Origin: a virus
Lineage: Duplodnaviria > Caudoviricetes
DNA length: 37,560 nucleotides
IMG/VR virus record: IMGVR_UViG_3300017909_001655
Location: 1-37,560 of that record
Reading direction: 5' to 3' (one strand)
Shown: positions 1-7,214 of the stretch, piece after piece
Layout of the letters: each line of letters opens with the position of its first letter
Position numbering within the stretch: the stretch's first letter is position 1
The notes under the pieces: model-generated
Seen by the model: only the letters and a program-made list of their open reading frames with translations
The model's database searches: none
Told to the model about the DNA's origin: nothing
Translations under genes and position numbers: made by a program

Positions 1-1
1 A

Positions 2-703
2 TTATTGTCGACAACAACCATTTTCGCTGATACTGATGATAACGAAATTATAATCACTCAAACTGGTGATACACTTAAGTTATATATTGACCAAGAAGGT
101 TTTGGAAACAAGATAGGAGGTAATGACTTCTCATCTTCCGGGACTGCAATGTTAATAACTGGTGCTACACTAGAGTTTGATTTAGATTTTACTGGTAATT
201 CAAATATTTTATTTGGTCCAGTCACCGCTGATAACTCAATTTATAAGTTAGATTTTACTGGTGATTCAAACCAAATCGATTGGAGCGTTGGCAGTACAGG
301 CAGTTCAGACGATTCTGATATAAACTTTAGTGTAACTGGTTCAAGTAATACTTTTGACTTAGACCAAGGTACAGCTTTTAGTGCAGAACGTTTAAACGCT
401 GATTTAATTGTCATTGGAAGTTCAAACATATTTGACGTCGATTGGGAAAGTGACGATGTAATTTGGAACTGGGATATAACCGGTGCTTCAAATAACATTA
501 ATACTTTACAAAAAGATGGCGCAAATGAAATGACTGTAGAGTTAAATGGTGATAGTGCCGATGTAGATATTAACCAAATATCAGGAACATGCGCAGTTTC
601 TAGTAGTGGGTGTGCTACACCAAATGCTATCATAACTTTGGATATTACAAGTGATAATTCGACAATTCAAATTAATCAGAAAGATTCAGCTAGCGATAGT
701 TAG
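2..703 (+). CDS. Secreted curlin-like beta-solenoid repeat protein (5' truncated by window edge)
   Basis: Frame is open from position 2 (LLSTTTIFA-D looks like the end of a signal peptide). ~22-aa repeats of type xDxxGxxNxxxxxQ (IDQEGFGNKI, FTGNSNIL, FTGDSNQI, VTGSSNTF, ITGASNNI). C-terminal Cys pair CAVSSSGC. Confidence 0.7.
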   Translation, partial: LLSTTTIFADTDDNEIIITQTGDTLKLYIDQEGFGNKIGGNDFSSSGTAMLITGATLEFDLDFTGNSNILFGPVTADNSIYKLDFTGDSNQIDWSVGSTGSSDDSDINFSVTGSSNTFDLDQGTAFSAERLNADLIVIGSSNIFDVDWESDDVIWNWDITGASNNINTLQKDGANEMTVELNGDSADVDINQISGTCAVSSSGCATPNAIITLDITSDNSTIQINQKDSASDS

Positions 704-1808
704 TTTATTTTTATCAATAGGGTTTGTTTATGCAGACCCTATTGGTGATATCGTTGAATCGACTGGTGTAGGAAAAATAGTCAGACAACAAGAAGAGATT
801 GTTGTATCTGGTGCAGTACTTCCTATAGAATTATATGATAGAGCTGAAACTGCGATGGGTAGTATGCTTATTGAGTTTATCGATAACGCAGAGTTAGCAT
901 TAAAAGAGCATACTGAAGTTTATATCGATGAGATATATTACGACCCAGACCCTAACCTTTCAAAGATGAGTATGAGAATGGTTATGGGAACTGCAAGGTT
1001 TGCATCAGGTTCCAAAGGGTTAATTAATAAAGCAAACATAGATATACAAACACCTACAGCAACAATTGGTATAAGAGGCACAGACTTTACCACAACAATA
1101 GATGAATTGGGAAGAAGCCTTATAGTACTATTACCTGATATAAATGGTGACCCGTCTGGTGAAATCAGTGTATCGAATATGGCGGGTACTGTAATATTAA
1201 ATCAACCTTACCAAGCAACAATGGTAAGTACAATGGATTCTAATCCTACAAGTCCTGTGACTATTAATGGTTTAACACCTAGTATGATTGATAATATGTT
1301 TATTGTTAATCCACCAAGTGAAGTTAAACAAGCCATTGAGGAACAAGCAAAGGATGACCAGGACCAAGACACTGGTATGTTGGATGTAGATTTTTTAGAG
1401 TTCAACGAATTAGAACAAGATGCTTTAGCTGATAGTGAAGAAGATTTAGAATTTAGTGAGTTAGATATTGACTTATTAGATGTAGATTTCTTAAGAGATT
1501 TATTAGATGTAGTTGAAGCTTTAGAGAAAACAAGGGTTGTTCTCGCGGACGTACAAGCGAGCGCAGGAGGAAACTTAAGTGGATTTAGATTAAAAGGTGC
1601 TCAAGTAGGATTTAATAAAGATTCACAATTTAATGTATTCGAACAAGATGGTAATTTAGTATTCTTTCGTAGTGTAAATGGAATTATAAATATTATCATA
1701 GGTGCAGGTGGTAGCGGATTTATAGATGTAGTTACCAACGATTATGAAGGCATAATGCAATTTAATGACGGGGATGGGATTGAAATATATATTCGACAAA
1801 TTAATTAA
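651..1808 (+). CDS. Secreted/periplasmic FecR-domain protein with acidic repeat C-terminus
   Basis: Signal peptide (RKIQLAIVSLFLSIGFVYA-D), FecR-domain motif TPTATIGIRGTDF, acidic LDVDFL repeats. The GTG start overlaps the upstream gene by 53 nt. Confidence 0.8.
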   Translation: MIIRQFKLIRKIQLAIVSLFLSIGFVYADPIGDIVESTGVGKIVRQQEEIVVSGAVLPIELYDRAETAMGSMLIEFIDNAELALKEHTEVYIDEIYYDPDPNLSKMSMRMVMGTARFASGSKGLINKANIDIQTPTATIGIRGTDFTTTIDELGRSLIVLLPDINGDPSGEISVSNMAGTVILNQPYQATMVSTMDSNPTSPVTINGLTPSMIDNMFIVNPPSEVKQAIEEQAKDDQDQDTGMLDVDFLEFNELEQDALADSEEDLEFSELDIDLLDVDFLRDLLDVVEALEKTRVVLADVQASAGGNLSGFRLKGAQVGFNKDSQFNVFEQDGNLVFFRSVNGIINIIIGAGGSGFIDVVTNDYEGIMQFNDGDGIEIYIRQIN

Positions 1809-1824
1809 TAGAGATAATTTAGAA

Positions 1825-2634
1825 ATGGCAGTATTGTTTCTAATATTTTTTATATCACTGGTAGGAATATCACCAGTGGTTTATGCTGGTCCTAGTGATG
1901 ATAATCATGTCCATGTAGAACAAGTAAATATGGGTGATAACTTTGATTTAACTATCGACCAATTTGGTTTTGGTAATATGATTAGATTCTCAGCAGACCA
2001 TGATAATAATACATTAAACTTATTACAAGTTGGAAATAATATGTATATCGGATATACAGATGATTGGGGTTCAGGTTATACTTGGGGCGGTGATTTAGAT
2101 GGTTTAGGAAATGAAGTTGATATAAGACAAAAATGTTCAGCTTCTAGTTGTAATGATAATGATTTTCAATTTCATATATGGGGTGATGACAATCAAGTTG
2201 TATTTGGCCAAGGTTACGAAAATGGAAATACCTTAACACCTAACTGGAGTTATGATGGTACTGAACCAGGTGGAAACTATGTAAGACTAGATATACATGG
2301 CAATGATAATCAATTTAAAGGTAGTCAAAAACAAGATTCAAGTTCTATAAATCATTCAATCATAGCAAATATATATGCAGATAATAATGATGTATATGTA
2401 AAACAAATGCAAAATGGAAATAAAACTCTTAACTTAACAATTTATAATGATTGGAATGAAGTGGATATAGTTCAAAAGAAGACTGGAGCTCACACTGCTA
2501 CAATCACATTAAATGGAACATATCCTACAGATTTATTTTTAACTCAAACTGGAAGCACAACACAATCATATACTTTATCTCAAAATTGTGTGACGGTGAG
2601 TGGATGTTCAGTAAGTATTACCCAAGGTAATTAG
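1825..2634 (+). CDS. Second secreted curlin-like beta-solenoid repeat protein
   Basis: Signal peptide ending VVYA-G. Q-x-G-x-x-N repeats (IDQFGFGNMI, LLQVGNNM, IHGNDNQF, KQMQNGNK). Cys pairs CSASSC and CVTVSGC. Start may instead be 1765 or 1774. Confidence 0.7.
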   Translation: MAVLFLIFFISLVGISPVVYAGPSDDNHVHVEQVNMGDNFDLTIDQFGFGNMIRFSADHDNNTLNLLQVGNNMYIGYTDDWGSGYTWGGDLDGLGNEVDIRQKCSASSCNDNDFQFHIWGDDNQVVFGQGYENGNTLTPNWSYDGTEPGGNYVRLDIHGNDNQFKGSQKQDSSSINHSIIANIYADNNDVYVKQMQNGNKTLNLTIYNDWNEVDIVQKKTGAHTATITLNGTYPTDLFLTQTGSTTQSYTLSQNCVTVSGCSVSITQGN

Positions 2635-2655
2635 TATAACATAGTATAACACTTT

Positions 2656-4515
2656 ATGAAATATATAACATCAATATGGGCGAGTATAATACTTTGTATT
2701 ACACTTTTAGGAATTAGATTATGGGACCCAATCTTAGTTGAACAAATAAGATTAAATGTCTTTGACCAATATATCAAATCACTTCCAGAAAAAGAATCAA
2801 ACGATATTGTCTTATTAAATATAGGAGAAGTATCTCTAGAAGAAATAGGTCAATACCCTTGGCCAAGACAAAATTACGCACAAATAATATCTGACCTTCG
2901 TAACGCTGGTGCAGGTATGATTGTATTTAGTATAATGTTTCCAGAGAACGATAGGTTCGGTGGCGATAAGGTATTCGCATCTTGGATAAAAGATAATGGA
3001 ATCATTCTCGCACAGGACGCGGACAGTCGTGGACGTGACACACGTGCGCCGTACGTGGGGTATGCTACATTTGGAAATACTGATCCGTTAGATTTTATAT
3101 ATCGATATCAAGGTTTAGTGACTAATATAGAAGAGTTAGAATCACAAGCTTGGGGTGTAGGATTAATTAATGCAGCCCCAGAAGTAGATAACATAACAAG
3201 AAGAATACCACTTATATCTCAAATTAATGGTGAGTTATATCCTTCGTTAGCTTTAGAAACAGTGAGAGCAATACAAAATAAAAAGAGTTATACAATTAAA
3301 ACAAACGAAGCAGGTATAGAAGGTATTGTATTAAGACCTTTTGATTTACCAACAGATTCAGATGGAAGTATATGGTTAAAATGGAATAGTAAGTTTACTG
3401 AGTACGAGTATGGTGAAAAGACTATGCATGGTTTAAATCCAATACCAGATTTGAATGGACAAACAGTTATAATAGGAGTCACAGCAAAAGGATTAGCAAA
3501 TCAAATACCAACACCGGGAGGTTTGTTATATCCACATCAATTACAAGCAAACGCTTTACAAACAATAATATCAGATAATCCAATCTCACGACCTGTTTGG
3601 ACTACGTCAGTTGAATTAATAATAATGGGTATTGGTGGATTGATTATAATACTATCGATGTATTATCTACCGATATGGATATCTGGTCTGTTATTTACAG
3701 CTTTGTCAGCTGGTTCTGGTTATCTCAGCTGGACATTGTGGTCCGACTCGCAGATACTCCTTGACCTTAGTTATATACTAATATTATATATACTTTTACT
3801 AACTTCAACGGGCTTTAATAATTTCTATAAACAATTTGTATTAAGACAACAAATACAAAAACAATTTGGTACTTATGTATCTCCTGATTTAGTTAAACAA
3901 TTACAAAAGAATCCTGAGTTATTAAAACTTGGTGGTGAAAGAAAAGAAATGACATTTATGTTTATGGACATATGTGGATTTACACCAATCTCAGAACACT
4001 ATAAAAATAACGATGACCCAGAAGGATTAGTTATCCTTATAAATAATTATCTAGATACAATGACAAAAATCGTTCTTAAGAACGGTGGAACAATAGATAA
4101 GTTTATGGGTGATTGTATTATGGCTTTTTGGAATGCACCTTTACCATGTAAAGACCATGCTGATAAAGCTGTACAAACATCAATAGAAATATGTGAGGCA
4201 GCAGATGAACTTATACAAGAACTTAAAGACAAAGGTTTACCTACTATTGATATCGGCATTGGTATTAATACCGGCACATGCATTGTCGGAAACATGGGAT
4301 CTGAAGCTAGATTTGACTATTCCGTCATTGGAGATGCCGTCAACCTTGGGGCTAGACTCGAGGGACAAACAAGAAATTATGATGGGGTTCGAGTGTTGTT
4401 GGGACCAGAAACTTATAGAAGCTGTACATCGAGAGCATTCGCTGAAGTCGATAGAATCACTGTCAAAGGAAAGACAGAGGCCGTCACCATATACACTCCG
4501 ATTCGAACTAGCTGA
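2656..4515 (+). CDS. CHASE2-domain membrane class III adenylate cyclase
   Basis: N-terminal TM, CHASE2 motifs (GQYPWPR, DNITRRIPL, VIIGVTA, HQLQANALQTI), 3 TM helices, then catalytic motifs FMDICGFT, IDKFMGDCIMAFW, IGIGINTG, RFDYSVIGDAVNLGARLEG. K and D specificity residues indicate ATP as substrate. Confidence 0.92.
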   Translation: MKYITSIWASIILCITLLGIRLWDPILVEQIRLNVFDQYIKSLPEKESNDIVLLNIGEVSLEEIGQYPWPRQNYAQIISDLRNAGAGMIVFSIMFPENDRFGGDKVFASWIKDNGIILAQDADSRGRDTRAPYVGYATFGNTDPLDFIYRYQGLVTNIEELESQAWGVGLINAAPEVDNITRRIPLISQINGELYPSLALETVRAIQNKKSYTIKTNEAGIEGIVLRPFDLPTDSDGSIWLKWNSKFTEYEYGEKTMHGLNPIPDLNGQTVIIGVTAKGLANQIPTPGGLLYPHQLQANALQTIISDNPISRPVWTTSVELIIMGIGGLIIILSMYYLPIWISGLLFTALSAGSGYLSWTLWSDSQILLDLSYILILYILLLTSTGFNNFYKQFVLRQQIQKQFGTYVSPDLVKQLQKNPELLKLGGERKEMTFMFMDICGFTPISEHYKNNDDPEGLVILINNYLDTMTKIVLKNGGTIDKFMGDCIMAFWNAPLPCKDHADKAVQTSIEICEAADELIQELKDKGLPTIDIGIGINTGTCIVGNMGSEARFDYSVIGDAVNLGARLEGQTRNYDGVRVLLGPETYRSCTSRAFAEVDRITVKGKTEAVTIYTPIRTS

Positions 4516-4822
4516 TCCTCCTGGACCAGCTGAATGGGCAACCTTTGCATTATTCCAAGCACTTGATGTGTGGACTACTAGAGAAGGAACTAAATACGAC
4601 TGTGTAAGAGAAGCAAATCCACTTTTCTCAGATAAGCCATCAACAAGTAGTTTAATATGGACTAAAGTTGCTTTAATTACTCCAGCCGTTCAATATGATT
4701 TAAAACGTGGTACCCTATCTAAAAAGGGTATGCAATCAATGAATAATATAATGTACATTGTATTATATAATAATTTTCATATACTCAATAAAGCTAAGAG
4801 ATATTGTACTAAAATAAATTAA
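4205..4822 (+). CDS. Putative exported/membrane protein, overprinted on the cyclase 3' end (+1 frame); C-terminus resembles the DUF5658-like LDxxTT...EANP membrane domain
   Basis: GAGG at 4195-4198 is 6 nt before ATG 4205. Classical signal peptide (MNLYKNLKTKVYLLLISALVLIPAHA). The ORF fills the otherwise empty 4516-4822 interval, which has no early in-frame ATG. Confidence 0.7.
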   Translation: MNLYKNLKTKVYLLLISALVLIPAHALSETWDLKLDLTIPSLEMPSTLGLDSRDKQEIMMGFECCWDQKLIEAVHREHSLKSIESLSKERQRPSPYTLRFELADPPGPAEWATFALFQALDVWTTREGTKYDCVREANPLFSDKPSTSSLIWTKVALITPAVQYDLKRGTLSKKGMQSMNNIMYIVLYNNFHILNKAKRYCTKIN

Positions 4823-4848
4823 AAAAAAGTGTACTTTTTTTAAAAAAA
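4821..4848. promoter_or_regulatory. A/T-tract palindrome (A8-GT-GT-AC-T7-A7): UP element and/or weak terminator
   Basis: AAAAAAAGT-GT-ACTTTTTTT inverted repeat between a stop codon and the -35 box. Confidence 0.4.
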
Positions 4849-4850
4849 CC

Positions 4851-4880
4851 GTTTACAAATGCAGAAAAACGGTGTATAAT
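4851..4880 (+). promoter_or_regulatory. T4-type early (sigma70) promoter
   Basis: GTTTACA (TTTACA 4852-4857), 17-nt spacer, TATAAT 4875-4880, A-tract upstream. Confidence 0.85.
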
Positions 4881-4888
4881 ATACCTAT

Positions 4889-5356
4889 ATGATAAGGAAA
4901 CAAAAACACATAATATTCGACGTAGATGGTACAATAGCAGATTGTAATCACAGAAGACATTTTGTTGATGGAAGCCAAAAGGCTGATTGGGATGCTTTTA
5001 GAGATGCAACTCATTTAGATACTCCAATACAACATGTATGTGATATGGCTAAACAACACGTATCTGATGGAGATGTTGTAATGTTTGTTTCCGCTAGAAA
5101 CCAATGTCAAAGAGATGTCACTGTAAAGCAGATACAAGATTGGATAGGAATAGATAACCCAGTATTGTTCTTAAGACCAGATGGAGATTACAGACCAGAT
5201 GACGTATTTAAGAAAGATGTTTTAGACATTGTAAGAGACACAATAGGTGGCGATCCAGATGTAGTATACGATGACAGAAATAGAGTTGTCGATATGTGGA
5301 AAGCAAATGGTATAAACGTAGTACAAGTTGTACCTAGACACCAAGGAGATTTTTAA
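4889..5356 (+). CDS. HAD-family phosphatase (stand-alone PseT/PNKP 3'-phosphatase-like domain)
   Basis: IIFDVDGT (motif I), FVSAR, RPDGDYRPDDVFK, YDDR motifs. Confidence 0.85.
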   Translation: MIRKQKHIIFDVDGTIADCNHRRHFVDGSQKADWDAFRDATHLDTPIQHVCDMAKQHVSDGDVVMFVSARNQCQRDVTVKQIQDWIGIDNPVLFLRPDGDYRPDDVFKKDVLDIVRDTIGGDPDVVYDDRNRVVDMWKANGINVVQVVPRHQGDF

Positions 5357-5409
5357 TGCAGGAGAGAATTGTTACAGTTGTGTAACAATTGTGTAACAAT
5401 TCACCTGCA
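5357..5409. promoter_or_regulatory. Operator-like repeat array: 3x GTWAC at 11-bp period inside a larger inverted repeat
   Basis: GTTAC 5371, GTAAC 5382, GTAAC 5393. Direct repeat TGTGTAACAAT x2 (5379-5400). Inverted repeat AATTGTTACA-GTTG-TGTAACAATT (5367-5390). Outer arms TGCAGG/CCTGCA. Confidence 0.7.
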
Positions 5410-5412
5410 ACC

Positions 5413-5442
5413 GTTTACAAACGCGTCGAACTTTGGTATAAT
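5413..5442 (+). promoter_or_regulatory. T4-type early (sigma70) promoter with extended -10
   Basis: TTTACA 5414-5419, 17-nt spacer, TGG-TATAAT with the -10 at 5437-5442. Confidence 0.85.
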
Positions 5443-5472
5443 ATACATATAATTTTTTGATAAGGAGTTAAA

Positions 5473-5967
5473 ATGCAAAAATTAGTAATCCAAACCCAAT
5501 ATAGAGAAAACTACGCTTACCCAAATTGGGACGGGAAAGGCGAATGTCCACAGGCGTGGAAGTTCAAAGGTGGTAGCACCTACGTTGTTAACAGTTTCAA
5601 AGACTTTAATAATGTCACTAAGGTGATGGACCAGCTTAATGAGCTTATCGCTTCTAGTAGTGAAGGGTTTCAGGAGTACATTCTTTACTGGGAAATTGTT
5701 CCTCAATCCAAGAAGGTCTGCGAGGACTGGGAAACAGTCACACAGTTATGGCTCAATCCTGTTGGAAAATGGGAAGCCCTTAAAATCACTGATAATCGTG
5801 AAGATGGTTGGATGAGGAGAGAAATCCTTGAAAAAACTGAGTCGTGGACTATGGCTCCTGAAAACGAAAGGCTTCAGTATAAAGCTGAGTACCTCATGGA
5901 AGATGGCGATGAAGTCATTGGCGATGAAGGTCTTAAAGAATGGTTTAAATCAAAGGAGGCAGCGTAA
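5473..5967 (+). CDS. Early hypothetical protein
   Basis: Strong SD TAAGGAG. 164-aa ORF with motif TQYRENY...WKFKGG. Higher GC3 than neighbours by eye. Confidence 0.8.
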   Translation: MQKLVIQTQYRENYAYPNWDGKGECPQAWKFKGGSTYVVNSFKDFNNVTKVMDQLNELIASSSEGFQEYILYWEIVPQSKKVCEDWETVTQLWLNPVGKWEALKITDNREDGWMRREILEKTESWTMAPENERLQYKAEYLMEDGDEVIGDEGLKEWFKSKEAA

Positions 5968-6161
5968 TGGAAAGATACGTAATAACAACCGAAAGCTACA
6001 TATATGCGGATAGTGATAAGAAAGCTAAATCACTAGCTAAATATATTCAAGGCAAACAAAGAAAACAATATGACAACCAATGTTATGTCACAAAGTTGCA
6101 ATCAGCACCTTTTGGCAGGATTGGTTCTGATACTAATTTAATTGAAGGAGAGATATTATAA
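5967..6161 (+). CDS. Small hypothetical protein
   Basis: TAATG coupling to the upstream gene, GGAGG SD. Confidence 0.7.
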   Translation: MERYVITTESYIYADSDKKAKSLAKYIQGKQRKQYDNQCYVTKLQSAPFGRIGSDTNLIEGEIL

Positions 6162-6349
6162 TGTTTGTAGCTAATTTCTTAACAGGTCCAGGTACTGATA
6201 AAACACCGTACAATGTTAAACTTACATTTTATGAATATCTGCTTGGAAAGGTTAATACAAATCAATTACTCAGAGATTTAACTGAGAAGTACGATACTAA
6301 TTTTGTTAGTGATTTTTATTATATAGGAGTGAGATATGCCAAAGTCTAA
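6161..6349 (+). CDS. Small hypothetical protein
   Basis: TAATG coupling, AGGAG SD. Confidence 0.65.
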   Translation: MFVANFLTGPGTDKTPYNVKLTFYEYLLGKVNTNQLLRDLTEKYDTNFVSDFYYIGVRYAKV

Positions 6350-6644
6350 AAATGATTATACATTCGCTGATATAAAAGCGATGCTTAAACAAGAAGCAAA
6401 AAAATATAAAGAGGAAGTAAAATTCCAAGAAGCAATAGCAAAGCTTGACGCAAGGAAAGCTCAAATCAAAAAGCAATCTAAACTGACTAAATCTGTTATG
6501 TCAGCCAAGCATCAATCGCCTAGTGGTTTAGATTTACATTCAGATGAGAATAGACATTATTCAAAAGAAAATACAGATAGATGGTTAAGTAGTACATCGT
6601 ACTATGAGAACTATCAAGCTATGAGGTCTCAAGATGATTATTGA
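6336..6644 (+). CDS. Hypothetical basic/coiled-coil protein
   Basis: AGGAG SD, 102-aa ORF in the operon. Confidence 0.7.
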   Translation: MPKSKNDYTFADIKAMLKQEAKKYKEEVKFQEAIAKLDARKAQIKKQSKLTKSVMSAKHQSPSGLDLHSDENRHYSKENTDRWLSSTSYYENYQAMRSQDDY

Positions 6645-6741
6645 TAAACTAATTGAAATTGGAATCGTCTCAGCTGCTGTAGCTTTTGTAAGTTTATTCT
6701 GCTATGGTTTATACTTATTAATATTTGAGGATTGGTCATGA
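6634..6741 (+). CDS. 35-aa single-TM membrane microprotein (not in ORF track)
   Basis: MIIDKLIEIGIVSAAVAFVSLFCYGLYLLIFEDWS. GAGGT SD. Its stop overlaps the next start (ATGA). Confidence 0.6.
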   Translation: MIIDKLIEIGIVSAAVAFVSLFCYGLYLLIFEDWS

Positions 6742-6905
6742 GAGTTTTAGAAGAAAACTATGGGGACGTGAGAATATTTTCTGATCGTATATTCGGTTAT
6801 AAAAGATATCACGTTATGTGGAACGATGGGTCACAAACAACATACTCTGGTTTGTGGTACTCATTAAAGAAAATTAAAAAAATTGTAGAGGATAATTTAA
6901 TATGA
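6738..6905 (+). CDS. 55-aa hypothetical protein (not in ORF track)
   Basis: MRVLEENYGDVRIFSDRIFGYKRYHVMWNDGSQTTYSGLWYSLKKIKKIVEDNLI. GAGG SD. ATGA overlaps at both ends. Confidence 0.65.
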   Translation: MRVLEENYGDVRIFSDRIFGYKRYHVMWNDGSQTTYSGLWYSLKKIKKIVEDNLI

Positions 6906-7171
6906 CACAATATGATGATAAAGTGCAGTATCAAAGAGACCTTTTGGCTGCAGAAGAATGGGCTAAATCATTTAGTTCAATGCATAACCACAGCATAAGT
7001 TCAATGTGGTATGATACAAGACCACAAGATACTCAGGACGGTAAAAGAGTCATTGATATTATTTACAATAGTGGTTTGATTAAAAGAACATGCGATGATG
7101 GTTCTGAAGTATACTTTGGAAAAGAGTTAAAAGGAAAAGATTTAGTAGATGCTTATTTAAGAAATACTTAA
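6902..7171 (+). CDS. Hypothetical protein
   Basis: GAGG SD, ATGA coupling, 89 aa. Confidence 0.7.
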   Translation: MTQYDDKVQYQRDLLAAEEWAKSFSSMHNHSISSMWYDTRPQDTQDGKRVIDIIYNSGLIKRTCDDGSEVYFGKELKGKDLVDAYLRNT

Positions 7172-7178
7172 AAAAACA

Positions 7179-7208
7179 GTTTACAAATACAGAAAAAGGT
7201 GATATAAT
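7179..7208 (+). promoter_or_regulatory. T4-type early (sigma70) promoter
   Basis: TTTACA 7180-7185, 17-nt spacer, TGA-TATAAT with the -10 at 7203-7208, A-tract upstream. Confidence 0.85.
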
Positions 7209-7214
7209 AACATT

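Noticed and set aside
2656-4515. Cyclase as Pycsar-type pyrimidine cyclase or guanylate cyclase
   Set aside because: CHASE2/TM architecture and K/D specificity residues indicate a sensory adenylate cyclase; no Pycsar effector adjacent.
5367-5400. Repeat considered as a mini-CRISPR array or a MatP matS site
   Set aside because: No spacers or cas genes. Half-site spacing is N6, not the N3 of matS.
5828-6013. Alternative-frame ORF in the early operon
   Set aside because: Short, TTG start, and both overlapped genes are already well supported by SD and coupling.
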